Below, piece by piece: positions 43,426 through 52,890 of a stretch of DNA of 64,000 nucleotides; the stretch's first letter is position 1; each line of letters starts with the position of its first letter. The stretch comes from Salinispira sp. (lineage in GTDB: Bacteria; Spirochaetota; Spirochaetia; DSM-27196; Salinispiraceae). The stretch lies in the NCBI GenBank assembly GCA_965226555.1, contig CBDDDG010000002.1:97298-161297 (forward strand), in the 5' to 3' direction. The notes under the pieces were generated by a model. That model did no database searches, was not told the origin of the DNA, and saw nothing but the letters and a program-made list of their open reading frames with translations. The position numbers were made by a program, and so were the translations under genes.

Positions 43426-43770
43426 GGCGATAATTAATGCGATCCGTTCCGCACTGTCCGCATTTCCTCATCGCTCAGCCCGGTAATTCTCTGAACAGCC
43501 TCGGTCGACAACCCTTCCAAAAACATACTGCGGGCGTTTTTTCTCCGCTCCTCAATATGCCCCTCAGCGCGACCTGTTTGCAATCCTTCCTGCCGACCTT
43601 TCAGAATGCCTTTCTCCATTCCTTTCAGAATGCCTTTCTCCATTCCCTTCGCAATGCCTTCCCTTACGAAGGCGTTGGTCATGTTATATGTCCTCATACT
43701 GTTTTCTCCTTCAGGGAACAGTTCCCTGTTAATTTTCTCAAACTGTTCATACAGTCCCAGATCCTTCATA

Positions 43771-43873
43771 CCGAAAATTGTGCTCCGCACAATTTTCTAA
43801 TCTGGATTCTCTCATCTCTATTCGTGATTCTCTCAAGATATAGAAAGTTTTGCCTGTGGCAAAACTTTTGTTA
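43771..43873 (-). mobile_element. 103-nt multi-hairpin insert (second site in copy D)
   Basis: Absent from copy C at VLGY|MKDL. Confidence 0.88.
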
Positions 43874-43969
43874 TAGCCCAGCACACTCTCTGCTAGATCA
43901 GTAAAGTCTTGTGATGACAGACCGTTCAGGAGCTGCGCAATCTCTTTCAGCCCCTCAGCATCCATCTCA

Positions 43970-44072
43970 CTGAAAATTGTGCTCTGCACAATTTTCAAAT
44001 GAGGATTCTCTCATCTATACTCTTGATTCTCTCAAGGTATAGAAAGTTTTTCCTAAAGGAAAAACTTTGTTA
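43970..44072 (-). mobile_element. 103-nt multi-hairpin insert (first site in copy D)
   Basis: Absent from copy C at RDN|EM. Confidence 0.88.
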
Positions 44073-44823
44073 TTATCTCGCATTATATACCACAACGCAG
44101 TTGATGTATATCGTTTTCCATCGAAACGCCATGCCAACTGCTCCTTTTTCATTCTACAAAGATCGCGCACAATGTACGACACTTTCACCCTGACATCCAC
44201 CGTGCCTTCGGTAAGGGATTCGGAAGCTGGGTTTTCATGCGAACTGTAAAATGTGAGTGGGAGGTTCCATTCATTTTTTCCATGGTAGAGCAGCAGTATA
44301 TAGATAGCATCCCGTTCATTGTACACATTGCTGGTTCTGAGGGCATATTGATAGTCATCAATCTGTGTGAGAACGTGTTTGTGCAGGTAGCTTTTGTGTT
44401 CAATAATGAATAGAGCCTTCCGGTCGGGGTCTGACAGGAAGGGGGCGCTGACAACGAGATCGCAGAGAAGGTTCTTTTTTCCTGCAATGTAGCTGGGATT
44501 TTCAATGCGAATTTTGTCCATGTCCAGCTTGGCAAGAGTCGTATCCTCACAGAACAGCCACAGCAGGTCGGGAATCATCCGGGGGTTTTTGTAGGCGATC
44601 TTGAAGGCTAGGTCGTGGATGTGGCCTGTGCTGTGGGATGATTTTTTCATAAACATTCCTCCTACATCTGTGACGGAAGAAAAACGAGATATGAATGACA
44701 AAATGGGAAATTTTTCAAAAAGTTTCTATTATTTTGGGATATTACTGTTTGACCAGCCCCTGACGCATGGCGAGCAGGATGCTTGGGCGAGCAGGAGGCG
44801 CAGTTTCCGAGGGCTGCTCGGCG

Positions 44824-45207
44824 TCAAACCGGCGGCAGCTCATCATCCGAAAATAAATCGAGAGTACGTGTATCCGATTTGGATACTCTGCGTTTTTCAC
44901 ACTTTCCATGCTGCTCACGCTTTCTGCTCACATCGGCATTTTCGATGTTTCCGGTATTTCCGGGCGCAATAAAAAACTGGGCATTTTCCACTATCGGCGG
45001 CACATATACCGTTTCATCAATAAATACCCGGGCCTCGGAATAATTCAACCCGCCTTCGATAAGCTGCAAAAGCAGCCGTCCTGTTCTCTCCTGAACATCA
45101 CCCAGATGTTCTTCAAGCTTTCCCAAGTCAATAAGCTGCCGGTAAATTCGCGGAAGAAAGTCTTTTAGATGAGCCTCCGCGCTTTCGTAGTATACACCTC
45201 TCGTCAT
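44824..45207 (-). CDS. TnpV-like small protein
   Basis: HLKDFLPRIYRQLIDLGKLEEHL resembles the transposon-encoded TnpV pattern. Confidence 0.45.
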   Translation of the reverse strand: MTRGVYYESAEAHLKDFLPRIYRQLIDLGKLEEHLGDVQERTGRLLLQLIEGGLNYSEARVFIDETVYVPPIVENAQFFIAPGNTGNIENADVSRKREQHGKCEKRRVSKSDTRTLDLFSDDELPPV

Positions 45208-45339
45208 TACGTTCCCCCCATATTCAGTATAGATGCCCTTCAAAAAACCACAATACAAGGCGGTATATCAACGAATGCAGCCCTCGGCTATAAAGACATT
45301 GCACTGTGAACCCTCCATATCTGTTGTATTATCCGAATA

Positions 45340-45557
45340 TAAAGGAAAAAATAATTGTTCTTGACCGCAAGGATTTTCAGGAAGATATTATTTCAAACAT
45401 TGAAAACGCAATGGTGTTCCTCCAGCGGGTCATTAATGTTCGTTCGGATAATCCCGATCCCGAAAGATTGAGACAAATATCAAAAAATTAAAAGAGAAGG
45501 GCTTGTTGAAACGGATTGGCGGGGCAAAAAGAGGACATTGGGAGGTGTTGCGCTAAG
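45340..45557 (+). pseudogene. Remnant of an ATP-binding/wHTH (AlbA-HATPase-type) regulator
   Basis: VLDRKDF...IENAMVFL fragment followed by C-terminal KLKEKGLLKRIGGAKRGHWEV. Confidence 0.45.
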
Positions 45558-45790
45558 GCAGCACCCGTCCCGTTCTGCGGCGCTCGCGCAGCAGAATAAT
45601 GCCGGTGAGAAGATTCATAAGAGGTGTAAGAAAATATCCCAAGCTGGCATCGAGAATAAAGCCGTTCACAACAGACCAGATATAGGTGTACCAGTTAATG
45701 CTGATAAGGGCTGCGGCGATGAAACTGGGCAGAAGAACACGGGCGGTTATCCTTTCCGCTGTCCTGTTTCCGCCAGTATGCTGCCGAAAA
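45553..45790 (-). pseudogene. RarD/EamA transporter fragment
   Basis: LISINWYTYIWSV...ASLGYFLTPL...LRER. Confidence 0.65.
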
Positions 45791-45808
45791 CCACTGAACT
45801 CATATGCC

Positions 45809-47557
45809 CTACTCTCCGGAAATTCTGAAAATATAGGTTGCCTTCTCCGCAATAACGGGAATGGGCAGGTAATTCTCAAAGGCGCCCTGTTCATCGAAAT
45901 ACAACTCTTCAGGAACAGCAGCGCCGGAATTTTCACGTACATTGGCTCCGGTGAAATTACCAGCGGATGTTCCGGCATAGAGCAGCTCAACCTTCAAAGC
46001 CCCCCTGAAGGGGCTTTCTGACATTGAAAGCCCGTATTCGGTTTGCTCGGTGCCAAGATTATGAACGAGCAGAAGGGTTTCATGGGGAGCGGCGCGGAAA
46101 AAGGCGTAGACACTGCGCGACTCCGATTTCACATGAAGAGTGATGCCGCGGCGCAGGGCATCATGGTCATTGCGTAGTCTGATGAGGGCGCGGTAGCGGT
46201 TCAGGATCGATGATGAATCCGCCGACATAACGGCAACATTGTGTGTATTGAGCTTAGCTGCGGGATCCTGCCAAGGGGCAGCAGAACTGAACCCTCCGCC
46301 AGCGCCCGCCTCCCAATGCATGGGTCGGCGCAGGTTTTCATCGGGCTTCCGACCCTCAATGCCGATCTCTTCCCCGTAGTAGATAAACGGAATACCCGCC
46401 CCCGTGAGCAGAATAGCAGCCGCAATTTTTTGCCGTTCCGGATCTCCGCCAAGTACAGATGCGCTGCGGGTCTGATCATGATTACTCAGAAAACGACCGT
46501 ACCGGGCATCGGGAAAAATGGAGGCCGCCATATCCTGCTTCGATCTGATAATTGAACTCGATTCACTGCGCACCGCCTTGAGCATTGCATCAGCAAGATC
46601 AAACTCAAACACCGCATCGACCCCGGCGCCGACATAGCTGCCCGCCGTCCTGCTTATTGTCCATGCCTCGCCGATAACAAAGGCATTCGGATCTATTCCC
46701 TTATAGTAGCGGTAAAAATTCCCGAACCATTCATAATTACTGCCGCTGTTCGCCAGAACGCCGTCTGCCATCTCCTCCCGAAGATACATAACGGCATCGA
46801 GCCGAAAACCATCGACCCCGACATCCTCAAGCCAAAACCGGACAACCTCATACATTTCCGCGCTGACAGCGGCATTCTCATAGTTCAGATCGGGCATCCC
46901 GCCCCAGAAAAGTCCATAATAATACCGCCCGTCGTTGTTCCGGTGCCAGACCTGCTGCCCCCATGGGCCAACCGCTGCCGGCTCAAAATCTTCCCAAACA
47001 TAGTACCCGGCATACCGCGGATCCGCCCGCCGCGCCGCCTGAAACCATGGGTGCTCAGCGCTGCTATGATTCATTACCAAATCCACAATAACCGACATTC
47101 CCCGCGCCTTTGCCTCGGCAAGCAGCTCCCGAAAATCGTCCATGCTGCCGTAGTCGGGGTTTATGGAATAATAATCTGTTACATCGTAGCCATGATAACT
47201 CGGACTCGGGTTAATGGGCATGAGCCATATACCGCTTACCTCAAGATCATCACCGGATTCCGGATCACCATCATTCAAATAATCGAGCTTCTCAACAATT
47301 CCGCGCAGATCCCCAATTCCATCGCCATCGGAATCATAAAACGACCGCACGAAAATCTGATAATACACTCTGTCCTTCCATTCCCGCAGCCCGTCCGCAC
47401 CCGCAGCGGGATAATCCGCAGATATGTGAGCGACCGCCAGCGGCTCTGGATTCTGCCGGCCCTTGCTCCCCGCGCAGGCAGTAAGCAACAGGATCAGGAT
47501 CAAGAACAGAAGTGGGAGAGAAGGTGAGGGCAGGAGTCTGATATTTCGTTCATTCAT
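45809..47557 (-). CDS. GH13 alpha-amylase lipoprotein
   Basis: Lipobox LTAC; YQIFVRSFYDSDGDGIGD; YHGYDV; DLVMNH; DGFRLDA; SNHD. Confidence 0.92.
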   Translation of the reverse strand: MNERNIRLLPSPSLPLLFLILILLLTACAGSKGRQNPEPLAVAHISADYPAAGADGLREWKDRVYYQIFVRSFYDSDGDGIGDLRGIVEKLDYLNDGDPESGDDLEVSGIWLMPINPSPSYHGYDVTDYYSINPDYGSMDDFRELLAEAKARGMSVIVDLVMNHSSAEHPWFQAARRADPRYAGYYVWEDFEPAAVGPWGQQVWHRNNDGRYYYGLFWGGMPDLNYENAAVSAEMYEVVRFWLEDVGVDGFRLDAVMYLREEMADGVLANSGSNYEWFGNFYRYYKGIDPNAFVIGEAWTISRTAGSYVGAGVDAVFEFDLADAMLKAVRSESSSIIRSKQDMAASIFPDARYGRFLSNHDQTRSASVLGGDPERQKIAAAILLTGAGIPFIYYGEEIGIEGRKPDENLRRPMHWEAGAGGGFSSAAPWQDPAAKLNTHNVAVMSADSSSILNRYRALIRLRNDHDALRRGITLHVKSESRSVYAFFRAAPHETLLLVHNLGTEQTEYGLSMSESPFRGALKVELLYAGTSAGNFTGANVRENSGAAVPEELYFDEQGAFENYLPIPVIAEKATYIFRISGE

Positions 47558-47767
47558 GTACTATTATACTATATTACTAGAGGAATCCTTTCCAGTAAAA
47601 GGCCTGTATTGAAAGATGTGAATAGTAGTATCACATATTCTCAGTATCATCTCAGGTCTCGGAAGTATCGGATTACGATGCATGATTGGCGGTTAGATAT
47701 AATCAAGCATCCATCCACCTCTTGAAACTTTCTTCAATACATTCTTAAATCATCATATGGATCGAAT

Positions 47768-49048
47768 ATGGATGTAATGTCCATTCTTATGCAATTTATG
47801 CGCGCCTCTCAGACCTTCTTCATTCAGCATGTCCTCCTGAATGTTGGTCTGTTGCTGCTTGTCGGCTACGCCTTCGCAAAACTGGCAGCATCAATCACGC
47901 TGCCGGAGGTTACCGGCTTCATGATTGCCGGTATTATCCTTGGACAAAGTGTATTCGGTATTGTCCCTGCGGAGATAAGCCGGAATCTATCTCTTATTAC
48001 TGAAATTACCCTTGGTATTATCGCTTTGACAATTGGCGGAGAATTTTACTGGGTTAAATTGAAGAAAATTGGCAGCGGGGTTCTGCTCATTACTGTTATT
48101 CAGATTTCCGCAGCCCTTTTCAGTACTACCCTCGGGCTTGTTCTGTTCCGCATGGAACTGCCCTACGCTCTGCTGCTCGGCGCCATTGCGACTGCCACCG
48201 CGCCGGCAGCGACCGTTGCCATTGTGCAGGGCATGAATGCAAGCGGTAAATTTGTCGATTACCTGTATGGTGTGGTTGCTCTTGATGATGCGGGAGCTGT
48301 TATTGTATTCGGGCTGGTGTTTGCAATCACAAGCGCCATCATTGGCCCTGAAGCCGCTCACAGTACCGCTTCTGTTCTGAATCCTGAAACCCTTCTCATA
48401 ATACTGGAGGCAATTCTCGAAGTAGCGCTCAGTATCGTCTTGGGCGCTTTTGCCGGACTCCTCATTCACATTCTTGTTCGAAAAAAACAGAAAAAGAGTG
48501 AAATTCTCATTCTTTCACTCGGACTCCTTTTTCTGACCATTGGCATAACAGTCATTTTTCATCTTTCTCTCATCCTCACCAACATGGCGGCAGGTGCCGT
48601 TATTATCAATCTTGGGGCGCGGAATCACCGAATTTTTCACATTATTGAACCGCTCACCCCCCCCCTCTATGCCCTTTTCTTTGTTCTTGCCGGAACAGCC
48701 ATCGACTTATCCGTACTGGCCAACCCCCGCATTCTCACACTCGGACTTGTCTACATTATCTTCAGGGCAATCGGAAAATCCGGAGGAACCGCTCTCGGCG
48801 CAGCACTGTCAAAATCGCCTAAGCATGTGACCCGTTATCTGGGTTTGTGCATGCTGCCTCAGGGAGGGGTCGAAATCGGGCTTATTCTTGCCATTCAGGC
48901 ATCGCCGATAGGAGAGTATCTTATACTGACCCAGCCCCAGGTACTCAGCGATCTCCTGAACATCGTTCTTATTTCAATTTTCATAAACGGGGTAGTCGGT
49001 CCGCCAATTTCCAAACGTGCTCTCGTTAAACAATCGGAGGGAGAATAA
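47768..49048 (+). CDS. Cation:proton antiporter (CPA2-like)
   Basis: LPEVTG, IGGEF, ATAPAAT, ALDD, FFVLAG, PQGGV. Confidence 0.85.
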   Translation: MDVMSILMQFMRASQTFFIQHVLLNVGLLLLVGYAFAKLAASITLPEVTGFMIAGIILGQSVFGIVPAEISRNLSLITEITLGIIALTIGGEFYWVKLKKIGSGVLLITVIQISAALFSTTLGLVLFRMELPYALLLGAIATATAPAATVAIVQGMNASGKFVDYLYGVVALDDAGAVIVFGLVFAITSAIIGPEAAHSTASVLNPETLLIILEAILEVALSIVLGAFAGLLIHILVRKKQKKSEILILSLGLLFLTIGITVIFHLSLILTNMAAGAVIINLGARNHRIFHIIEPLTPPLYALFFVLAGTAIDLSVLANPRILTLGLVYIIFRAIGKSGGTALGAALSKSPKHVTRYLGLCMLPQGGVEIGLILAIQASPIGEYLILTQPQVLSDLLNIVLISIFINGVVGPPISKRALVKQSEGE

Positions 49049-49050
49049 TA

Positions 49051-49875
49051 ATGGAATTATATTCAATACTGCAGAAACAATGCTGCCGCATCGGCCTTCA
49101 GGCAAAGACCAAACCGGACATTCTCAGGGAACTTGCAGCCATTTCCTGCCGAAATACCAATTTGCATGAAGACAGAATTGATGAGATCGCTTCAATACTG
49201 GCAGAACGGGAAAAGCAGGGATCAACAGGTTTCGGCGGCGGCATTGCCATTCCCCATGCGAGATTGCCGGAATTAAACGAATTTGTTCTTGCCATTGGCG
49301 TACATGAAACAGGCATTGATTTCGATGCTCTTGATCGCCGCAAAGTACAGCTTTTCTTCGTCATTCTCGGTCCGGAGGCCGATGTAAGCGGTCATCTCAA
49401 ACTTTTAGCCGCAGTCTCGCGGGCACTCACGCGGAGCAATGCCAAAAAAGAAATTCTTGCTGCCCGGGGAAATGATGCGGTTTTCGATGCCTTTGTCCGC
49501 AACATTGAAACTCTCGGAGAAATTTCCGAGAAGAAACCGGCAATGAAACTTTTGGTTCTCGTTCTCTTTCTCGATGAATACCTCTACGATATTCTGGAAC
49601 TCTATCTCCAGAAAGGTATTGAGGGCGCAACGGTGATCGACAGCTTCGGTATGGGGCAGTACATAAGCAATGTACCCCTTTTCGCCACCTTCATCGGCTT
49701 CATGCAGGAGAAGAAAAATCATTCCAAAACCATTCTTGCAATGGTGCCGGAAAATATGGAGCAGGAGCTGGTTGAAAGCATAGAGCATGTCATTGGCGAT
49801 CTCGATAAAAAACAAGGCGCCATGCTCTTCAGTATGGATATTGCCATGTACAAGGGCAGCATGAAGATGTTCTAA
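49051..49875 (+). CDS. PTS EIIA (Ntr/Fru type) fused to a PII-like domain
   Basis: REKQGSTGFGGGIAIPHAR; GIEGATVIDSFGMG. Confidence 0.8.
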   Translation: MELYSILQKQCCRIGLQAKTKPDILRELAAISCRNTNLHEDRIDEIASILAEREKQGSTGFGGGIAIPHARLPELNEFVLAIGVHETGIDFDALDRRKVQLFFVILGPEADVSGHLKLLAAVSRALTRSNAKKEILAARGNDAVFDAFVRNIETLGEISEKKPAMKLLVLVLFLDEYLYDILELYLQKGIEGATVIDSFGMGQYISNVPLFATFIGFMQEKKNHSKTILAMVPENMEQELVESIEHVIGDLDKKQGAMLFSMDIAMYKGSMKMF

Positions 49876-49914
49876 CCGCTTTATACTCCTGCCTCTTCAT
49901 GCTATTCTTTCTGT

Positions 49915-51075
49915 ATGATTATTGTTCTCAAACATCAGATTCACGAAATTGATAAATCTGATCTCAGGAAATTTCTTGAAGATCACGATTACCGCGTCCG
50001 TGAAATTGTGGGGAGTGAAGAAACGGTCTTTGCCGCCGTTGGAAAGGCGCATCTTGATATCCGCGATGTTGAGGTACTTGCAGGAGTTGCCAGAGTAGTG
50101 CCCATATCAAAGCCCTACAAACTGGCTTCGCGGGAAACCCAGCCGACAGACACCGTTGTGCCGGTTGGTCCGGTAAAAATCGGCGGCGCCCTCAGCTCCA
50201 ACACCGGCGCCAGCTCCGGCACCAGCTCCAACACCAGCTCCGGCGAAACACGCATTGCATTTCAGGGAGAAATTGGCGCATATAGCCAGATGGCTCTTAA
50301 CCGCTATTTTTCCCCCCGCTTTGAAAACATTGTCAGTATTCCCTGCCCGGAATTTCGTGATGTTTTTGAAAAGGTTCTCCGTGGCGAGTGCGCGTACGCG
50401 ATTCTCCCGCTGGAAAATTCTCTCACCGGTTCCATTCATGAAAACTACGATCTCCTTCTCCAGTATCCCGATATTTGTATAACGGGAGAAATTCGGGTTC
50501 GTATACAGCATTCCCTTATCGGAATTCCGGGAACCCAGCTACAGGATATCCGGGTAGTTTTCTCGCACCCCCAAGGACTCGCTCAATGCATCCGTTTTCT
50601 GGACGCGCATCCCGATATTGAATATCATCCCTTTTATGATACTGCGGGTTCAGTTGCCCACATCGCCGAAAAAAACCGGAACGATTACGCAGCCATTGCC
50701 CACAAAAGCACCGCTGAAGTATACGGTATGGAAATAATTACAGAGGGTATTGAGACAAATCCTCACAACTATACCCGCTTTGTCATTATTCAACACCGCG
50801 ACAGAGCTGATCAGAATTCCGGACACATCGCCTCCATTGTCTTCAGCACACCAGATAAACCCGGCGCTCTTTTACAATGTATGCAAAAACTCAGTTCACA
50901 GAATCTTAATCTCACAAAAATAGAATCGCGCCCAATTCATGGGAAACCCTGGGAATATATGTTTTATCTTGATGTTGCCATTGAGAACAAACTCAAAGAT
51001 TTTTACACAGCCCTCAATGAGCTCAAACACTACTCTGACGATATACGAGTGCTCGGCATTTATTCCAAGGGCTAA
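49915..51075 (+). CDS. pheA: Prephenate dehydratase carrying the N-terminal regulatory domain of a DAHP synthase
   Basis: AFQGE.GAYS, PLENS..GS, SHPQ.LAQC, NYTRF, LTKIESRP; N-terminal MIIVLK...KPYKLASRE. Confidence 0.88.
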   Translation: MIIVLKHQIHEIDKSDLRKFLEDHDYRVREIVGSEETVFAAVGKAHLDIRDVEVLAGVARVVPISKPYKLASRETQPTDTVVPVGPVKIGGALSSNTGASSGTSSNTSSGETRIAFQGEIGAYSQMALNRYFSPRFENIVSIPCPEFRDVFEKVLRGECAYAILPLENSLTGSIHENYDLLLQYPDICITGEIRVRIQHSLIGIPGTQLQDIRVVFSHPQGLAQCIRFLDAHPDIEYHPFYDTAGSVAHIAEKNRNDYAAIAHKSTAEVYGMEIITEGIETNPHNYTRFVIIQHRDRADQNSGHIASIVFSTPDKPGALLQCMQKLSSQNLNLTKIESRPIHGKPWEYMFYLDVAIENKLKDFYTALNELKHYSDDIRVLGIYSKG

Positions 51076-51159
51076 CCGCGGCGCCTTCACGAACCCGCTG
51101 CTCCCCAACGAATCCACATCGCCCCCGCGAGCGGCGGCGCGCCGCCCCACAAGCAACAA

Positions 51160-52890
51160 TCATGTAACCTTCTGTCCCGACAAGATAACAATAGCCATAA
51201 AGAACAGCAGCGCCTGAGAAACAATGAGCGCAATGAGCGCAGCAGTAAAATTACCGAGAAAAAGAATTCCCATCAGCACATTATGGTTCACCGCAATGTA
51301 CAACTCAAAAAAAACAAACAGAAAAAATATAACAGGAATAAAGAGAATGAAAGTATATAGTGGCTGTCTGCCAATGTACCGGCTTCTCTGCTGCCAAGAA
51401 ACCCCAATTACCAGAAGTGAACAGATTATCAAACTGGGCAGCAACAAAATACGGTAGATAATTTCCGACTGAGGAAAGGCAGAATTCCTTCCGAACTCAG
51501 GATACAGCCGAACAAATGAAAAAAGCTGAATAATATCAATTTCGCTGAAATGCGCTGTGACCGGGTTCAGCAGCCACAATTCATCAGCAGTAATAAACAG
51601 CTCCAGAAAGTCTATATCTGACTGTCCATGAAGATATTCAGGTACATGTATTTCCCTGTTCTGTTCACGATCAATGGCCCGCATAATAATCCCTGTGCCG
51701 GAGAGTTTTGCGCGGGGGATTTTGATGTGCATTTCGATATTTCCCGCGTTGTCTATTTCAAGATATTCAAGATCAATAAAGTACAGGCCGATACTATTTC
51801 TCATAATCTGTTCGGCTGCCAGAAAACGCCTATTCCCCTCAGCCAGCTCCATCCGCTCAGCCAGCCTCATCCCCTCCGTCAGAATGGGCAAACGGGTGAA
51901 GACCCTTCCCTGTATTTCATCAAACTCAACGCTATCAATCTCATCAATAAAAAAGCTGATGTCTTCCATCCTCGGCTGAATATCGCCAAGATATACTTCG
52001 GCATCCCGATCAAAGGGATTTTTTTTCTGAATCTCCTTGAAAATATAATACGCATTTATATATTCTCCGTTATTATACGCACGCGCAGCGGAACGCTTCA
52101 GATAGAAAATTTCCCGTTCCTCTTGTTCGGCTTCGCTAATATCCATGCGCTCAATCATTTTCAAACTTTCCGAAAGAATTCTCCTCGCCATCGGATCATC
52201 CCGCAATTCCCGGGGGCCGAGAGCTAGGCGGGCATAGAACAGGGCGCTGAAAAAATCCTGCGCTGCAAAATATTCTTCAGCCCGAGCAGAAATTTCACTA
52301 TATTCAAGCCCCAGAGGCAGAAGCGGCGCAGGTTCCTCTTTCTGAGGGATTACGGACGATTCAGGAAGCATTGCCTGAATTTCCTCGAAAATTTTGTTGG
52401 CTTCTTCATGAAGGGGCAGGAGGCGCAGCACATTTCCAATTTCCCTGTCGGCTGCAGATAGTTCTCCCTGGTTTATGTGCTCAATACTCTGCGCGATAGC
52501 ATCGTTAACAAATTGAGAGCGGTATTCTGTATCCGAACTCCGATGGGAGGCCCATGGCCACACAAAAAACACGAGCACCATGTATAGTATGAACATAACG
52601 AAGAGAAATGTCAGAGCGCCCCGTATTACATTGAAAAACGATGGAGAATTCAGGGCATCAATGTCTCCATGACGAATTACACTTGAGAAACACAGGGTAA
52701 AAGCAGTTAGGGTAATGGGAATGAGGAATTTGATATAGGTACTGACCGAGATAGCAGTTGCCCATGAAAATATATATGCTCTCTCGAAAAATCGCGGAGC
52801 AGACAGGATACTGACAATAAGAATAATGAGTATCGCCGTTGCGTGTACAAAAATCTGGGAAAAAACCACTTTCTGATGTATGGAGTTCAT
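51160..52890 (-). CDS. Hypothetical membrane protein with TPR-like helices
   Basis: Long ORF with terminal TM clusters; start uncertain (52890 or 52911). Confidence 0.7.
   Translation of the reverse strand: MNSIHQKVVFSQIFVHATAILIILIVSILSAPRFFERAYIFSWATAISVSTYIKFLIPITLTAFTLCFSSVIRHGDIDALNSPSFFNVIRGALTFLFVMFILYMVLVFFVWPWASHRSSDTEYRSQFVNDAIAQSIEHINQGELSAADREIGNVLRLLPLHEEANKIFEEIQAMLPESSVIPQKEEPAPLLPLGLEYSEISARAEEYFAAQDFFSALFYARLALGPRELRDDPMARRILSESLKMIERMDISEAEQEEREIFYLKRSAARAYNNGEYINAYYIFKEIQKKNPFDRDAEVYLGDIQPRMEDISFFIDEIDSVEFDEIQGRVFTRLPILTEGMRLAERMELAEGNRRFLAAEQIMRNSIGLYFIDLEYLEIDNAGNIEMHIKIPRAKLSGTGIIMRAIDREQNREIHVPEYLHGQSDIDFLELFITADELWLLNPVTAHFSEIDIIQLFSFVRLYPEFGRNSAFPQSEIIYRILLLPSLIICSLLVIGVSWQQRSRYIGRQPLYTFILFIPVIFFLFVFFELYIAVNHNVLMGILFLGNFTAALIALIVSQALLFFMAIVILSGQKVT

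Larger units (their letters stand above)
43434..44650 (-). pseudogene. Rpn/YhgA nuclease (copy D) interrupted by two 103-nt inserts, otherwise intact; nested ORF 43434-43697
   Basis: 1217 nt minus 2x103 = 1011 nt, an open frame collinear with copy C. Confidence 0.88.

Noticed and set aside
43771..44072. Translational bypass elements or group I/II introns
   Set aside because: No consistent matched take-off/landing codons, and 103 nt is too short with no recognisable ribozyme core. Only a non-canonical removal mechanism remains open.
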